Part shown: positions 1-7,887 of the stretch, in pieces
Numbering within the stretch: position 1 is the first letter of the stretch
Layout: each line of letters starts with the position of its first letter
Source of the DNA: a virus
IMG/VR virus record: IMGVR_UViG_3300017963_000239
Location: 17,880 to 81,879 of that record
Direction: 5' to 3' (one strand)
DNA length: 64,000 nucleotides
Translations under genes and position numbers: made by a program
The notes under the pieces: generated by a model
What the model saw: the letters and a program-made list of their open reading frames with translations, nothing else
Databases searched by the model: none
What the model was told of the DNA's origin: nothing

Positions 1-2
1 CC

Positions 3-182
3 ATTCCTGGTGGTGAGGGTGCTCATCTGACCCCGCAGGACGTCGACCCCGAGCAGTTGGCTTTGGGGGCCGCGGTCGAGATGGAGCACACGAAGGACCC
101 GAAGACGGCCATGGAGATCGCGCTCGATCACTTGGCCGAAGACCCGAAGTACTACGACAAGCTGCTGTCGCTCGGGCTCTGA
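3..182 (+). CDS. DUF5661-like phage protein, 3' part (truncated by window start)
   Basis: Frame reads ...QLALGAAVEMEHTKDPKTAMEIALDHLAEDPKYYDKL; G..VE.EHT/DHL.E.P.YY motif. Confidence 0.6.
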   Translation: MPGGEGAHLTPQDVDPEQLALGAAVEMEHTKDPKTAMEIALDHLAEDPKYYDKLLSLGL

Positions 183-257
183 GCAGCAACACATAGCTCC
201 ACGGAGGAGCGTTCCGAGCACTGGAACTTCACGTGCTCCTCCGTTTCTTTGCGTCTT

Positions 258-332
258 GGGGATGTGGTCTAGCTAGGCGAGGACGCTGGATTGTCGATCC
301 AGAGGTCGCGGGTTCGAATCCCGTCATCCCCG
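258..332 (+). tRNA. tRNA-Asp(GTC)
   Basis: GGGGATG/CATCCCC acceptor; CTGGA-TTGTCGA-TCCAG anticodon arm; GGTTCGAATCC T arm. Confidence 0.9.
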
Positions 333-334
333 CT

Positions 335-375
335 GTGGTCGTAGCTCAATCGGTAGAGCGTCTGGATGTGGCCCA
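335..375 (+). pseudogene. 5' fragment of disrupted resident tRNA-His(GTG)
   Basis: GTGGTCG-TAGCTCAATCGGTAGAGC-G-TCTGG-ATGTGGC, then breaks off; matching 3' piece at 884-910. Confidence 0.8.
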
Positions 376-395
376 AAAGTGTTAGGCTCACAACC

Positions 396-824
396 ATGCC
401 AGCGAAGACCAAGAAGTGTGGGAAGTGCCAGAAGCGCAAGCCTGTGGATCAGTTTTACTGGAAGGACAAGGCGCGGGGGACGAGGCATTCGTACTGCAGG
501 GCGTGTTTCGCCGCGCGCCACAAGACTTACTACCAGGAGAACAAGCAGTACTACTTGGAGAAGAAGGCGCGCTGCAAGCAGAGGCTCCGCGAGTATGTGA
601 ACGAACTGAAGCGCGCGCCGTGTACGGACTGTGGCCGGACGTACCCGCCCTACGTGATGGACTTTGATCACTTGAATGGGGAGGAGAAGGGGGGCCTCGT
701 GGCGCATTTGGTGGCGCAGGGGCAGGTTCGGAGAGCCAAAGAAGAGATAGCTAAGTGCGAGCTGGTATGCGCCAACTGTCACAGGATCAGAACGCACGAA
801 AGACGTATGGAGGTCGTAGCCTAA
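396..824 (+). CDS. HNH endonuclease with Zn-finger motifs (His cassette)
   Basis: CxxC motifs, DFDHL...KCELVCANCHRIRT; stop codon lies within the following tRNA-His. Confidence 0.85.
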   Translation: MPAKTKKCGKCQKRKPVDQFYWKDKARGTRHSYCRACFAARHKTYYQENKQYYLEKKARCKQRLREYVNELKRAPCTDCGRTYPPYVMDFDHLNGEEKGGLVAHLVAQGQVRRAKEEIAKCELVCANCHRIRTHERRMEVVA

Positions 825-881
825 CGGTTAAGGCACAGGATTGTGGCTCCTGGTATGCCGGTTCGATTCCGGTCGATCTCC
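809..881 (+). tRNA. tRNA-His(GTG), replacement copy
   Basis: G-1:C73; GAGGTCG/CGATCTC acceptor; CAGGA-TTGTGGC-TCCTG. Confidence 0.9.
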
Positions 882-883
882 CC

Positions 884-910
884 GGTGGTCGAGTCCGCTC
901 GGTCACCCCA
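884..910 (+). pseudogene. 3' fragment (T arm, acceptor strand, CCA) of resident tRNA-His
   Basis: GGTGG-TCGAGT-CCGCT-CGGTCAC-C-CCA; CGGTCAC pairs with GTGGTCG at 335. Confidence 0.75.
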
Positions 911-993
911 CTACGCCCCTGGAGCCGGGTACTCCGGCGGGGCCAACAAGGAGAAGAAGAGAGACAAGGGTGTGGCAACCCAGGCAGGTAGCC

Positions 994-2151
994 ATGAACA
1001 AGGTACACGTGAACGTCGGAACCATCGGACACATCGACCATGGGAAGACGACCCTCACCGCGGCGATCACCAAGGTGATGGCGGAGCTTCACGGTGGGAA
1101 GGTGGTCCCCTTCAACAAGATCGACAACGCACCGGAAGAGCAGAAGCGCGGCGTGACCATCAACACGTCGCACGTGGAGTACGAGTCGGCGACGCGGCAC
1201 TACGCGCACGTCGACTGTCCGGGGCACGCTGACTACATCAAGAACATGATCACCGGTGCGGCCCAGATGGACGGCGCGGTGCTTCTGGTCGATGGGTCGC
1301 AGGGTCCGCAGGTGCAGACCAAGGAGCACATCCTGCTTGCGAAGCAGGTGGGTGTGGAGAGGATGGTGGTGTTCATCAACAAGGTGGACATCGCAGACCC
1401 CGAGCTGCTGGAGTTGGTCGCCTTGGAGACGGCCGAGCATCTGGAGGCGCAGGGATACGAGGACTCTCCGGTGGTCCAGGGCTCCGCTCTGAAGGCTCTG
1501 GAGGGCTCTGAGACGGGCTGCATCGTCGAGCTGGTCGAAGCCATGGACAGGCACTTCCCGGACCCTGTGAGGGACTTCGAGGCGCCTTTCATGCTGCCTA
1601 TCGAGGGAGTCCACACCATCGAAGGCCGCGGCACTGTGGTCACCGGTCGTGTGGAGCGTGGTGTGTTGCCTCTCGGGGCGACGGTCGAGATCATCGGTCT
1701 GGTGGACGAGGACTCCAAGCCTCGCCAGGTCGTGGTCACGGGCATCCAGATGTTCCACAAGGACCAACCCGAAGCGCGGGCCGGAGAGAACTGTGGCCTG
1801 TTGCTGCGCGGTGTTCGTCGGGACGAGGTGGTTCGGGGTCAGGTGCTCATCGTGCCGGGCTCCGTGCGGTCTCACATGAAGGCGAAGGCCGAGCTGTTCG
1901 TGTTGTCGAAGGAGGACGGGGGTCGGCACACTCCGATCTTCAAGGGCTACCGCCCACAGTTCTTCTTCGGCACGACCAACGTCACGGGCACCGTGGCGGA
2001 CATCGGCGAGCTGGACTTGGTCAAGCCTGGCGAGCACGCCGAAGTAGCGCTGGAGTTGCAGAAGCCTGTCGGCATGGAAGCTGGCATGCGATTCGCTGTT
2101 CGTGAGAGCAGCAAGACCGTCGCTGCAGGTGTGGTCCTCAGCGTCACGTAG
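994..2151 (+). CDS. tuf: Elongation factor Tu
   Basis: [61 protein letters not shown]. Confidence 0.95.
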   Translation: MNKVHVNVGTIGHIDHGKTTLTAAITKVMAELHGGKVVPFNKIDNAPEEQKRGVTINTSHVEYESATRHYAHVDCPGHADYIKNMITGAAQMDGAVLLVDGSQGPQVQTKEHILLAKQVGVERMVVFINKVDIADPELLELVALETAEHLEAQGYEDSPVVQGSALKALEGSETGCIVELVEAMDRHFPDPVRDFEAPFMLPIEGVHTIEGRGTVVTGRVERGVLPLGATVEIIGLVDEDSKPRQVVVTGIQMFHKDQPEARAGENCGLLLRGVRRDEVVRGQVLIVPGSVRSHMKAKAELFVLSKEDGGRHTPIFKGYRPQFFFGTTNVTGTVADIGELDLVKPGEHAEVALELQKPVGMEAGMRFAVRESSKTVAAGVVLSVT

Positions 2152-2183
2152 AACGGGCAGGCCGGTCCCGCAAACCGGCCATT

Positions 2184-2260
2184 GGGGATGTGGTGCAGTC
2201 GCGTAGCACACTTGCCTGTCACGCAAGAGGTCGCGGGTTCAAGTCCCGTCATCCCCGCCA
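2184..2260 (+). tRNA. tRNA-Asp(GTC)
   Basis: CTTGC-CTGTCAC-GCAAG; encoded CCA. Confidence 0.9.
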
Positions 2261-2289
2261 AGCGCCCATCGGATCAGATCAAACAAGCA

Positions 2290-2362
2290 TCCTACGTAGC
2301 TCAGATGGTAGAGCAGCGGCCTCTCAAGCCGCCGGCCATGGGTTCAATTCCCATCGCGGGTA
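2290..2362 (+). tRNA. tRNA-Glu(CTC), imperfect acceptor stem
   Basis: GCGGC-CTCTCAA-GCCGC; D and T arms intact; two acceptor mismatches. Confidence 0.65.
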
Positions 2363-2398
2363 ACACAACATGATCTTTTCACTCGGGCGCCCATTTTT

Positions 2399-2935
2399 CT
2401 AGGGCTCGTGACATCCTCGGCACCTCGCCTCGTAGGACTCGGCGCCGCCGACTTTCACTTGTTCTTCACCATGCACGAGCCTCTGGGTTCGACTGGCTTC
2501 CTTGCCGCACCGGGAGCACACAGCGCGTACTTTGGTCACGGTTTCAGCGATGGCCATCAACTCAGGGACAGGGTGGAAGGGGCGCCCCTGAAAGTCTTGG
2601 TCTAGGCCGGCGACGATGACGCGGTAGCCCTTGTCTGCCAGGATGTTGATTCCATCGATCATGTCGTTGTCGAAGAACTGCGCTTCGTCGATGGCTACGA
2701 CGTCGGTCTCAGGCTTGACGCGACGAATGAGATCGTAGCTCGAAGCCACTGGCTCGGCTTCGATGTCGATCCCTTGGTGGCTTACGATCTTCTCTTTGGC
2801 GTAGCGGTCGTCAACGGACGGCTTGAACGCCTGAACGGTTTGCTTCGCGAACAGGGCTCGGCGCACGCGGCGGATCAACTCTTCGGTTTTGCCGCTGAAC
2901 ATCGAGCCCACAACAACTTCAACATGTCCTGACAT
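2399..2935 (-). CDS. tdk: Thymidine kinase
   Basis: [29 protein letters not shown]-terminal Zn motifs and YEARCR. Confidence 0.95.
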   Translation of the reverse strand: MSGHVEVVVGSMFSGKTEELIRRVRRALFAKQTVQAFKPSVDDRYAKEKIVSHQGIDIEAEPVASSYDLIRRVKPETDVVAIDEAQFFDNDMIDGINILADKGYRVIVAGLDQDFQGRPFHPVPELMAIAETVTKVRAVCSRCGKEASRTQRLVHGEEQVKVGGAESYEARCRGCHEP

Positions 2936-2940
2936 GTTCT

Positions 2941-3014
2941 AGGGGTATAGCTCAGCTAGGGAGAGCAGCGGATTCCAAATCCGCAGGTCGGGAGTTCGAT
3001 TCTCTCTGCCCCTG
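2941..3014 (+). tRNA. tRNA-Trp(CCA)
   Basis: GCGGA-TTCCAAA-TCCGC; full cloverleaf. Confidence 0.9.
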
Positions 3015-3018
3015 CTAC

Positions 3019-3068
3019 GGGCCAGTAGCTCAGTAGGTTAGAGCGTCCGCCTGATAAGCGGGAGGTCG
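3019..3068 (+). pseudogene. Truncated resident tRNA-Ile(GAT) lacking T arm and 3' acceptor strand
   Basis: GGGCCAG-TAGCTCAGTAGGTTAGAGC-G-TCCGC-CTGATAA-GCGGG-AGGTCG, then non-tRNA sequence. Confidence 0.8.
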
Positions 3069-3093
3069 TTTATTCTAACCTGGACAATTTCTT

Positions 3094-3165
3094 GGACTGC
3101 AATGCTCTGGTTGAGCTACGATGCCTGATAAGCATCGTGGCGGGGTCCAATTCCCCGGCGGTCCA
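3094..3165 (+). tRNA. Atypical tRNA-Ile(GAT), replacement copy
   Basis: GGACTGC/GCGGTCC acceptor; GATGC-CTGATAA-GCATC; T loop TCCAATT; A at position 8. Confidence 0.75.
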
Positions 3166-3168
3166 CCG

Positions 3169-3744
3169 ATGAGCAAACAACGCAGGGATTCCCAGGGCCG
3201 TCTTCTTCTAGAATTTCGGTGTCCTTGTGGGAAGAGGTTCTGGGCACGCCCCAGACCTCCGAACAAGTCGGGGAAGCGGTATTGTAGCTTGGTGTGCTAC
3301 GGGAGGCTTAGGGACTTTTCTGGATCTAAAAACCCCAACTGGAGGGGAGGGTCGTTCCAGAGTGGCAAGGGTTACTGGTATGTTCATATGCCAGATCATC
3401 ACCGAGCGATGAAGAATGGCTACGTCAAGAGGGCGGATGTTGTAGCCGAGAAGAAGATCGGGAGGAAGTTGTTGCCTAACGAGGTGGTGCACCACGAAGA
3501 TTCAGATCCGAGCAACGACAGCCTAGACAACCTAGTGGTCAAGGACTCCCTAGCGCATATCAGAGAGCACGCAGTGAAGAGGCGAAAGCCTAAGAAGTCA
3601 AAGAAGGCTCGAAAGTCTGTTTGTTGGCCCTCCGATAGCGTGCTTTTGGAGATGGCTAAGACCATGACACAGCGCCAAATGGCAACGCTTCTTGGGTGCA
3701 GTCAGCCCGCCGTATTCTATCGCCTGCACCGTTCTCGTCGTTGA
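3169..3744 (+). CDS. HNH endonuclease with C-terminal HTH (Ile cassette)
   Basis: NPNWRGG, EVVHHEDSDPSNDSLDNL, TQRQMATLLGCSQPAV. Confidence 0.85.
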   Translation: MSKQRRDSQGRLLLEFRCPCGKRFWARPRPPNKSGKRYCSLVCYGRLRDFSGSKNPNWRGGSFQSGKGYWYVHMPDHHRAMKNGYVKRADVVAEKKIGRKLLPNEVVHHEDSDPSNDSLDNLVVKDSLAHIREHAVKRRKPKKSKKARKSVCWPSDSVLLEMAKTMTQRQMATLLGCSQPAVFYRLHRSRR

Positions 3745-4030
3745 GCCCTGAGCAGCTTCCGCACATCATCTGCGGACCGGCTGCTCAGGACGAGGCGCAG
3801 CTGCGTGGAAAGCTCCCGCATGCGCGCGCAGACGTCGCACTGGCAGCCGGGTTTGGTCTGTTGGTGCTCGTTCCAGATCTTCAGCTCTTGCTCTTCGACG
3901 GCAGTCATGCTGCCATCATGCCTGAGAGCTGAAGCTCATCTTGCACGACGCCGGTCGATTTCCGGCTGGAGGTAGACATGAAGAGGTCGATGCCGCCGTA
4001 GCCCCTCCTTCTGCGTGAAGGAGGTGGCCT

Positions 4031-4132
4031 ATGTGTCGCTACTGCCAAATCGTCTGGTCCCTGCTGGGGCCGGGCTATCTCTGTCGCCCTTGCTGGAGGA
4101 AGAAGTATCGGAATGCGAAGAAGGGTCGGTAA
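4031..4132 (+). CDS. 33-aa basic CxxC-CxxC peptide
   Basis: AAGGAGGT RBS; MCRYCQIVWSLLGPGYLCRPCWRKKYRNAKKGR. Confidence 0.55.
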   Translation: MCRYCQIVWSLLGPGYLCRPCWRKKYRNAKKGR

Positions 4133-4161
4133 GACCGGCTGAGGGCTAGCTGCCCTCACAC

Positions 4162-4191
4162 GGGCCTGTAGCTCAGCTGGGAGAGCGCTTC
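4162..4191 (+). pseudogene. 5' half of disrupted resident tRNA-Ala
   Basis: GGGCCTGTAGCTCAGCTGGGAGAGCGCT identical to the start of intact tRNA-Ala at 5462. Confidence 0.85.
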
Positions 4192-4207
4192 GTGCTACAC
4201 TGGCAAA

Positions 4208-4699
4208 ATGCTGGAAGTGGTTGTGAGGTACGAGAAACCTGGAGATCCGTATGTCCGTGTTCGGCTGTCGGATGGCCGGGTCGTGCGTGAGCACAGGTTC
4301 ATCATGGAGTGCAAGCTAGGTCGGAAGCTCTCCCCTAGCGAGCACGTCCATCATAAGGACTTGAACCCCCGGAACAACGAGGAGAGCAACTTAGAATTGA
4401 AGTCGCGGGCGGATCACTGCCGCCTGCACCGCCCTGTGGCGCGGAAGGTTAGACTGCGCTGTCCTACTTGCGGGTGTTGTTTCGAACGCACTGCCAGGTA
4501 TGTCAGGTCCAAGAAGAAGCTAGGCCAGCACAGTTTCTTCTGCGGTCGTAGCTGCCGGGGACCTAGGGGCGGAGAAACAACACGAAAGGTCACCGCGCAT
4601 GGGTCTCGCGGAGGCTATTTGAGGGGCTGTCGGTGTGCTGAGTGTCGAGAGGCGCAGGCGCACTACATGCGCGAGTACAGATCAAAGGGGCTGTGGTGA
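4208..4699 (+). CDS. HNH endonuclease (Ala-GGC cassette)
   Basis: REHRFIME..LGRKL...EHVHHKDLNPRNNEESNLE; C-terminal HG..GCRC..C module. Confidence 0.9.
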   Translation: MLEVVVRYEKPGDPYVRVRLSDGRVVREHRFIMECKLGRKLSPSEHVHHKDLNPRNNEESNLELKSRADHCRLHRPVARKVRLRCPTCGCCFERTARYVRSKKKLGQHSFFCGRSCRGPRGGETTRKVTAHGSRGGYLRGCRCAECREAQAHYMREYRSKGLW

Positions 4700-4757
4700 A
4701 AGGGGATCACGCAACCATGGCATGGTTGTATTACGGGTTCGAATCCCGTCAGCTCCA
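4687..4757 (+). tRNA. tRNA-Ala(GGC), replacement copy
   Basis: GGGGCTG/CAGCTCC with G3:U70; CAACC-ATGGCAT-GGTTG. Confidence 0.9.
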
Positions 4758-4774
4758 CTAGGGACCTTCCGGTC

Positions 4775-4812
4775 GGCGGGGGTCGGGGGTTCGAGTCCCC
4801 CTAGGTCCACCA
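4775..4812 (+). pseudogene. 3' half of disrupted resident tRNA-Ala
   Basis: GGGTC-GGGGG-TTCGAGT-CCCCC-TAGGTCC-A-CCA; pairs with GGGCCTG at 4162. Confidence 0.85.
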
Positions 4813-4927
4813 TCGGCCCCTCTGAGGGCAGCTTAGGCGTCAGGGCAGCGCGACGAACGACCCAGTACTCGGACAGCTGCAAGTCGAGCTGCGGGGCATC
4901 CTCCTGACGGGAGGCCCCGCCGATGAC

Positions 4928-5143
4928 CTACTTCTTCTCGGGCTCGGCGGTCGCAGCGGCCGACGCGGTGGCGCTGGCTGTCGCTGTGGCGGTCGCCGTA
5001 GCAGTCGCTTCGGCAGTCGCGGTGCTGGTCTCTGCGGCGGCGGTCGACGTCTCCTTGGTGGGGACGGTTTCTTCGGCCTTCTTCTCGTCGCAGGCGGACA
5101 GGAAGCAGATCGCGATCACGAGGGTAGCTGCTAGGGTCTTCAT
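4928..5143 (-). CDS. Small lipoprotein with Ala/Thr-rich tail
   Basis: Signal peptide with lipobox LSAC; ATATAT low-complexity region. Confidence 0.7.
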   Translation of the reverse strand: MKTLAATLVIAICFLSACDEKKAEETVPTKETSTAAAETSTATAEATATATATATASATASAAATAEPEKK

Positions 5144-5280
5144 CGGATTTCTCCTTGCGGTGGAGGTTATACTTCACACCCCGGAGATCGCGCAAAGGGG
5201 ATTGTCAGAGTGGCCATACGTCCATGTGGACGCATACGCCTACTTGACTATCGCTTTTCTATAGGCTAATTCTTGAGCCC

Positions 5281-5460
5281 ATGGCGACGAAGAAGGTGAT
5301 TGTCGACTTCGACGAGGACATCCAGAACCTGCGCGACCCCGAGACAGGCCGTTATGTCGAGCTGAACTCCGTTGTGGGAGCCAAGGTCGTAGGGGTGGAG
5401 CGGGGTGAGGACGACCAGCTCGTGTTGATCCTCGAAGGGGTCGAAGACGAAGAAGACTGA
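5281..5460 (+). CDS. Hypothetical acidic 59-aa protein
   Basis: Open frame with genome-typical codons behind a TTGACT promoter-like motif. Confidence 0.6.
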   Translation: MATKKVIVDFDEDIQNLRDPETGRYVELNSVVGAKVVGVERGEDDQLVLILEGVEDEED

Positions 5461-5461
5461 C

Positions 5462-5537
5462 GGGCCTGTAGCTCAGCTGGGAGAGCGCTGCGTTCGCAAT
5501 GCAGAGGTCAGGGGTTCGATTCCCCTCAGGTCCACCA
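5462..5537 (+). tRNA. tRNA-Ala(CGC)
   Basis: CTGCG-TTCGCAA-TGCAG; G3:U70; CCA. Confidence 0.9.
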
Positions 5538-5630
5538 GCTCCGGAGCCAAGTCTGTGGGCTCAGTAGCTACACGCGGAGTGACGCCCGCAGCCGGAGTTA
5601 GGAGCCTCGCCAGCGCAGCGCGGCTCTGTT

Positions 5631-5660
5631 GGGCTCATAGCTCAGATGGGAGAGCGCGGC
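5631..5660 (+). pseudogene. 5' half of disrupted resident tRNA-Ala(TGC)
   Basis: GGGCTCA-TAGCTCAGATGGGAGAGC-G-CGGC. Confidence 0.85.
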
Positions 5661-5698
5661 ATATTGCAACTGGAGATCGTCGCTGATACTGTACCTGT

Positions 5699-6088
5699 AT
5701 GGGGTACAAGTTCGTTAAGGCTCCCTCTAGCTATCCGGGCAGAACGTATCGCTGGGGCAACCGAGTTCTGGAGCACCACTTGGTATGGTGGGAGAACACA
5801 GGACAGGTCGTTCCGGAAGGGTACGTTGTTCACCATCTGAATGAAGACAAGGAGGACAATCGTTTCGGGAACCTCGCGCTGAAGAAGCGTGGGGAGCACA
5901 CAACGGATCACCAATTGAAGGATCCGCCTGTGGCGTTGGTGTGCTCTTGGTGCGGGAAGAAGATCGAACGTAGCTCTAGAGATGTTCGAAGCAAACGCAA
6001 GCAAGGGCAGAGTCGTTTCTTCTGTTGTTCCGCTCACGCAGCCGCTGCGGGTTGGTCGAGCAGAAGAGCGAGAGGGGTCATCGTCTAA
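5699..6088 (+). CDS. HNH endonuclease (Ala-TGC cassette)
   Basis: LEHHLVWW...VVHHLNEDKEDNRFGNL; CxxC...FFCC. Confidence 0.9.
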   Translation: MGYKFVKAPSSYPGRTYRWGNRVLEHHLVWWENTGQVVPEGYVVHHLNEDKEDNRFGNLALKKRGEHTTDHQLKDPPVALVCSWCGKKIERSSRDVRSKRKQGQSRFFCCSAHAAAAGWSSRRARGVIV

Positions 6089-6145
6089 TCGGGAGGACGC
6101 TAGCCTTGCACGCTGGTAATACGGGTTCGAGTCCCGTTGGCTCCA
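6074..6145 (+). tRNA. tRNA-Ala(TGC), replacement copy
   Basis: GGGGTCA/TGGCTCC; CTAGC-CTTGCAC-GCTGG. Confidence 0.9.
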
Positions 6146-6250
6146 CTGCGGCAACGTGTGGTCGTCCGCAGGGCTTGACCCGTCCCTGCTAAGTGATCAC
6201 GCAAGATCCCTAACGGGTCGCACAAAGCCGGAAGGCGTGGGGACGCCGCG

Positions 6251-6296
6251 CCTTGCAAGCCTGAGGTCGGGAGTTCGATCCTCCCTGAGTCCACCA
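6251..6296 (+). pseudogene. 3' half of disrupted resident tRNA-Ala(TGC)
   Basis: CCTTGCAA-GCCTG-AGGTC-GGGAG-TTCGATC-CTCCC-TGAGTCC-ACCA; TGAGTCC pairs with GGGCTCA at 5631. Confidence 0.9.
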
Positions 6297-6743
6297 ATGC
6301 AGACGTTCCTACCCTTTCCGGACTTTCAGAGATCTGCCTCTGTGCTCGACTGGCGGCGTCTGGGCAAGCAGCGCATCGAGGCGAGGCACATCGTGGAGGT
6401 GCTTCTAGGCATCAAGCCTCACAGTCGTTACCGGAACCACGCGGCGGTCCGCATGTGGCGAGGCTTCGGACACTTCTTGTGTTCCTACGGCGTCGCCATC
6501 TGCCAGGAGTGGCGTGGGCGTGGCTACCGAGATCAGCAGCTCGAAGCCTTCCAACGCCTGCGGAAGCTCGCCGAGCGCGAGGATCAACACGGAACGCCGC
6601 CTTGGTTTGGAGACGCTGCGTTCCACGCGGCGCACCGAGCTGCTTTGCTCGCCAAGGCTCCGGAGTGGTACGGCCAATTCGGATGGCAGGAGATCCCGCT
6701 CGTGGACTACGTGTGGCCTGCCGGTGTAGCCTATGGCGCATGA
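6297..6743 (+). CDS. Pyrimidine-dimer DNA glycosylase-like (MSMEG_6728 family) protein
   Basis: MQTFLP.PDF..SA..LD.RRLGKQR.EA, HAAVRMWRG, PPWFG...FH..HR..LL.K.P.WY. Confidence 0.8.
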   Translation: MQTFLPFPDFQRSASVLDWRRLGKQRIEARHIVEVLLGIKPHSRYRNHAAVRMWRGFGHFLCSYGVAICQEWRGRGYRDQQLEAFQRLRKLAEREDQHGTPPWFGDAAFHAAHRAALLAKAPEWYGQFGWQEIPLVDYVWPAGVAYGA

Positions 6744-7648
6744 GCACCATCGACGTCGTTCAGCTAGTCAAGGACGGGAAGGCGAAGTTCGAGTGGGCGG
6801 ACGTGCTGTCGACGCACGAGGACAAGGAGCTGACGATCAGCGTCTTTAGGGACGCGATGAAGTTCGACGACATCCCGGCGTTGACATGGGACTTCAAGCC
6901 GATTCCGGGAAACGACCAGATCTACAACGGTGTACGGCTGCCAGCTTCGGCTGACCAGTTGCAGCAGATCGCCGACGTGCTCGGGTGCATGCTGCTGACC
7001 CCGAAGGTCGTAGATCTCATCTGGCTCCAAGCGCAGCTCAAGTTCAACCCGGTCATCAACGACGGCCCCCCGCGGTACAACATCGTGGCAATCTCCAACA
7101 TCAACGATGTCCACGACCTCATTCAGAAGAAGATCGAGGGAGCTGGCGGTGACGACGGCTACAAGCTCATCGCCTGTGTGGGCAAGTACTGGGTGCTTTG
7201 CAATGCGCTTGGGCAGATGGTCGTGGTCCACGGAGATCTGCAGGCATTCAACTACGGATGGCCTGATGCGAACGCTCCTACCTCACGCCGCGGTGTCACG
7301 TCGGGCGTGAAGGTATGGCAGAACCTAGCGGGAGCCCACAACAAGCTGCACTGGGATCCATCGCAGACCATTCGGCTGATGTTCCAGTGGGCCTGGTTGA
7401 AGGTGGGCGATGCGGATCCCGTTCAGATCCATCTGCATGACGTGGCCTCCGATCCCGAGCTGGCGCCACTGTTGCACCACGAGGGTGAGCTGAAGGTGTT
7501 CCGGCAGTCGGGGGTGCCCGAGCCGAAGGGCGAGGTGCAGGAAGACGGAACCATTCTGATGCCCGAGATCATCATCTACGGCGCTCCTCCGAAGCACCCG
7601 ATGGTTCCCGTCCGCGAGGGCGGTCATCGAGTGAAGGTGATTTCTTAG
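6740..7648 (+). CDS. Hypothetical protein
   Basis: Long ORF, ATGA overlap with upstream gene. Confidence 0.7.
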   Translation: MSTIDVVQLVKDGKAKFEWADVLSTHEDKELTISVFRDAMKFDDIPALTWDFKPIPGNDQIYNGVRLPASADQLQQIADVLGCMLLTPKVVDLIWLQAQLKFNPVINDGPPRYNIVAISNINDVHDLIQKKIEGAGGDDGYKLIACVGKYWVLCNALGQMVVVHGDLQAFNYGWPDANAPTSRRGVTSGVKVWQNLAGAHNKLHWDPSQTIRLMFQWAWLKVGDADPVQIHLHDVASDPELAPLLHHEGELKVFRQSGVPEPKGEVQEDGTILMPEIIIYGAPPKHPMVPVREGGHRVKVIS

Positions 7649-7655
7649 ACGAAGT

Positions 7656-7733
7656 GCCGCTGTAGCTCAGTTCTGGCAGAGCACAGTCTTGGTAAGACTG
7701 GGGTCATCGGTTCGACTCCGATCAGCGGCTCCA
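7656..7733 (+). tRNA. tRNA-Thr(GGT)
   Basis: CAGTC-TTGGTAA-GACTG; CCA. Confidence 0.9.
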
Positions 7734-7736
7734 CAT

Positions 7737-7811
7737 GCGGGTGTAGTTCAGGGGTAGAACGTCAGCTTCCCAAGCTGAATGTCGTCGGTTCAAATCCGAT
7801 CATCCGCTCCA
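7737..7811 (+). tRNA. tRNA-Gly(CCC)
   Basis: TCAGC-TTCCCAA-GCTGA; U73; CCA. Confidence 0.9.
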
Positions 7812-7815
7812 ACTT

Positions 7816-7887
7816 GCGGGCATAGCCAAGTGGTAAGGCCGTGGGTTTCCAACCCACCATTCGCCGGTTCGAATCCGGCTGTCCGCT
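7816..7887 (+). tRNA. tRNA-Gly(TCC)
   Basis: GTGGG-TTTCCAA-CCCAC. Confidence 0.9.

Noticed and set aside
187-250. tRNA-like fragment (TAGCTC..GAGC) upstream of tRNA-Asp
   Set aside because: No T arm or acceptor; better explained as the terminator hairpin ACGGAGGAGC/GCTCCTCCGT followed by TTCTTT.
787-2226. Long antisense ORFs (also 23455-24834, 27305-28258, 37320-38459, 48798-50057)
   Set aside because: Shadow frames of GC-rich genes on the opposite strand; no motifs.
4162-6296. Group I intron interpretation of the split tRNA-Ala genes
   Set aside because: No recognisable P7/J8-7 core; only about 17 nt separate the rescue tRNA from the 3' half at 4757-4775; a full same-isotype tRNA inside would be redundant if splicing occurred.
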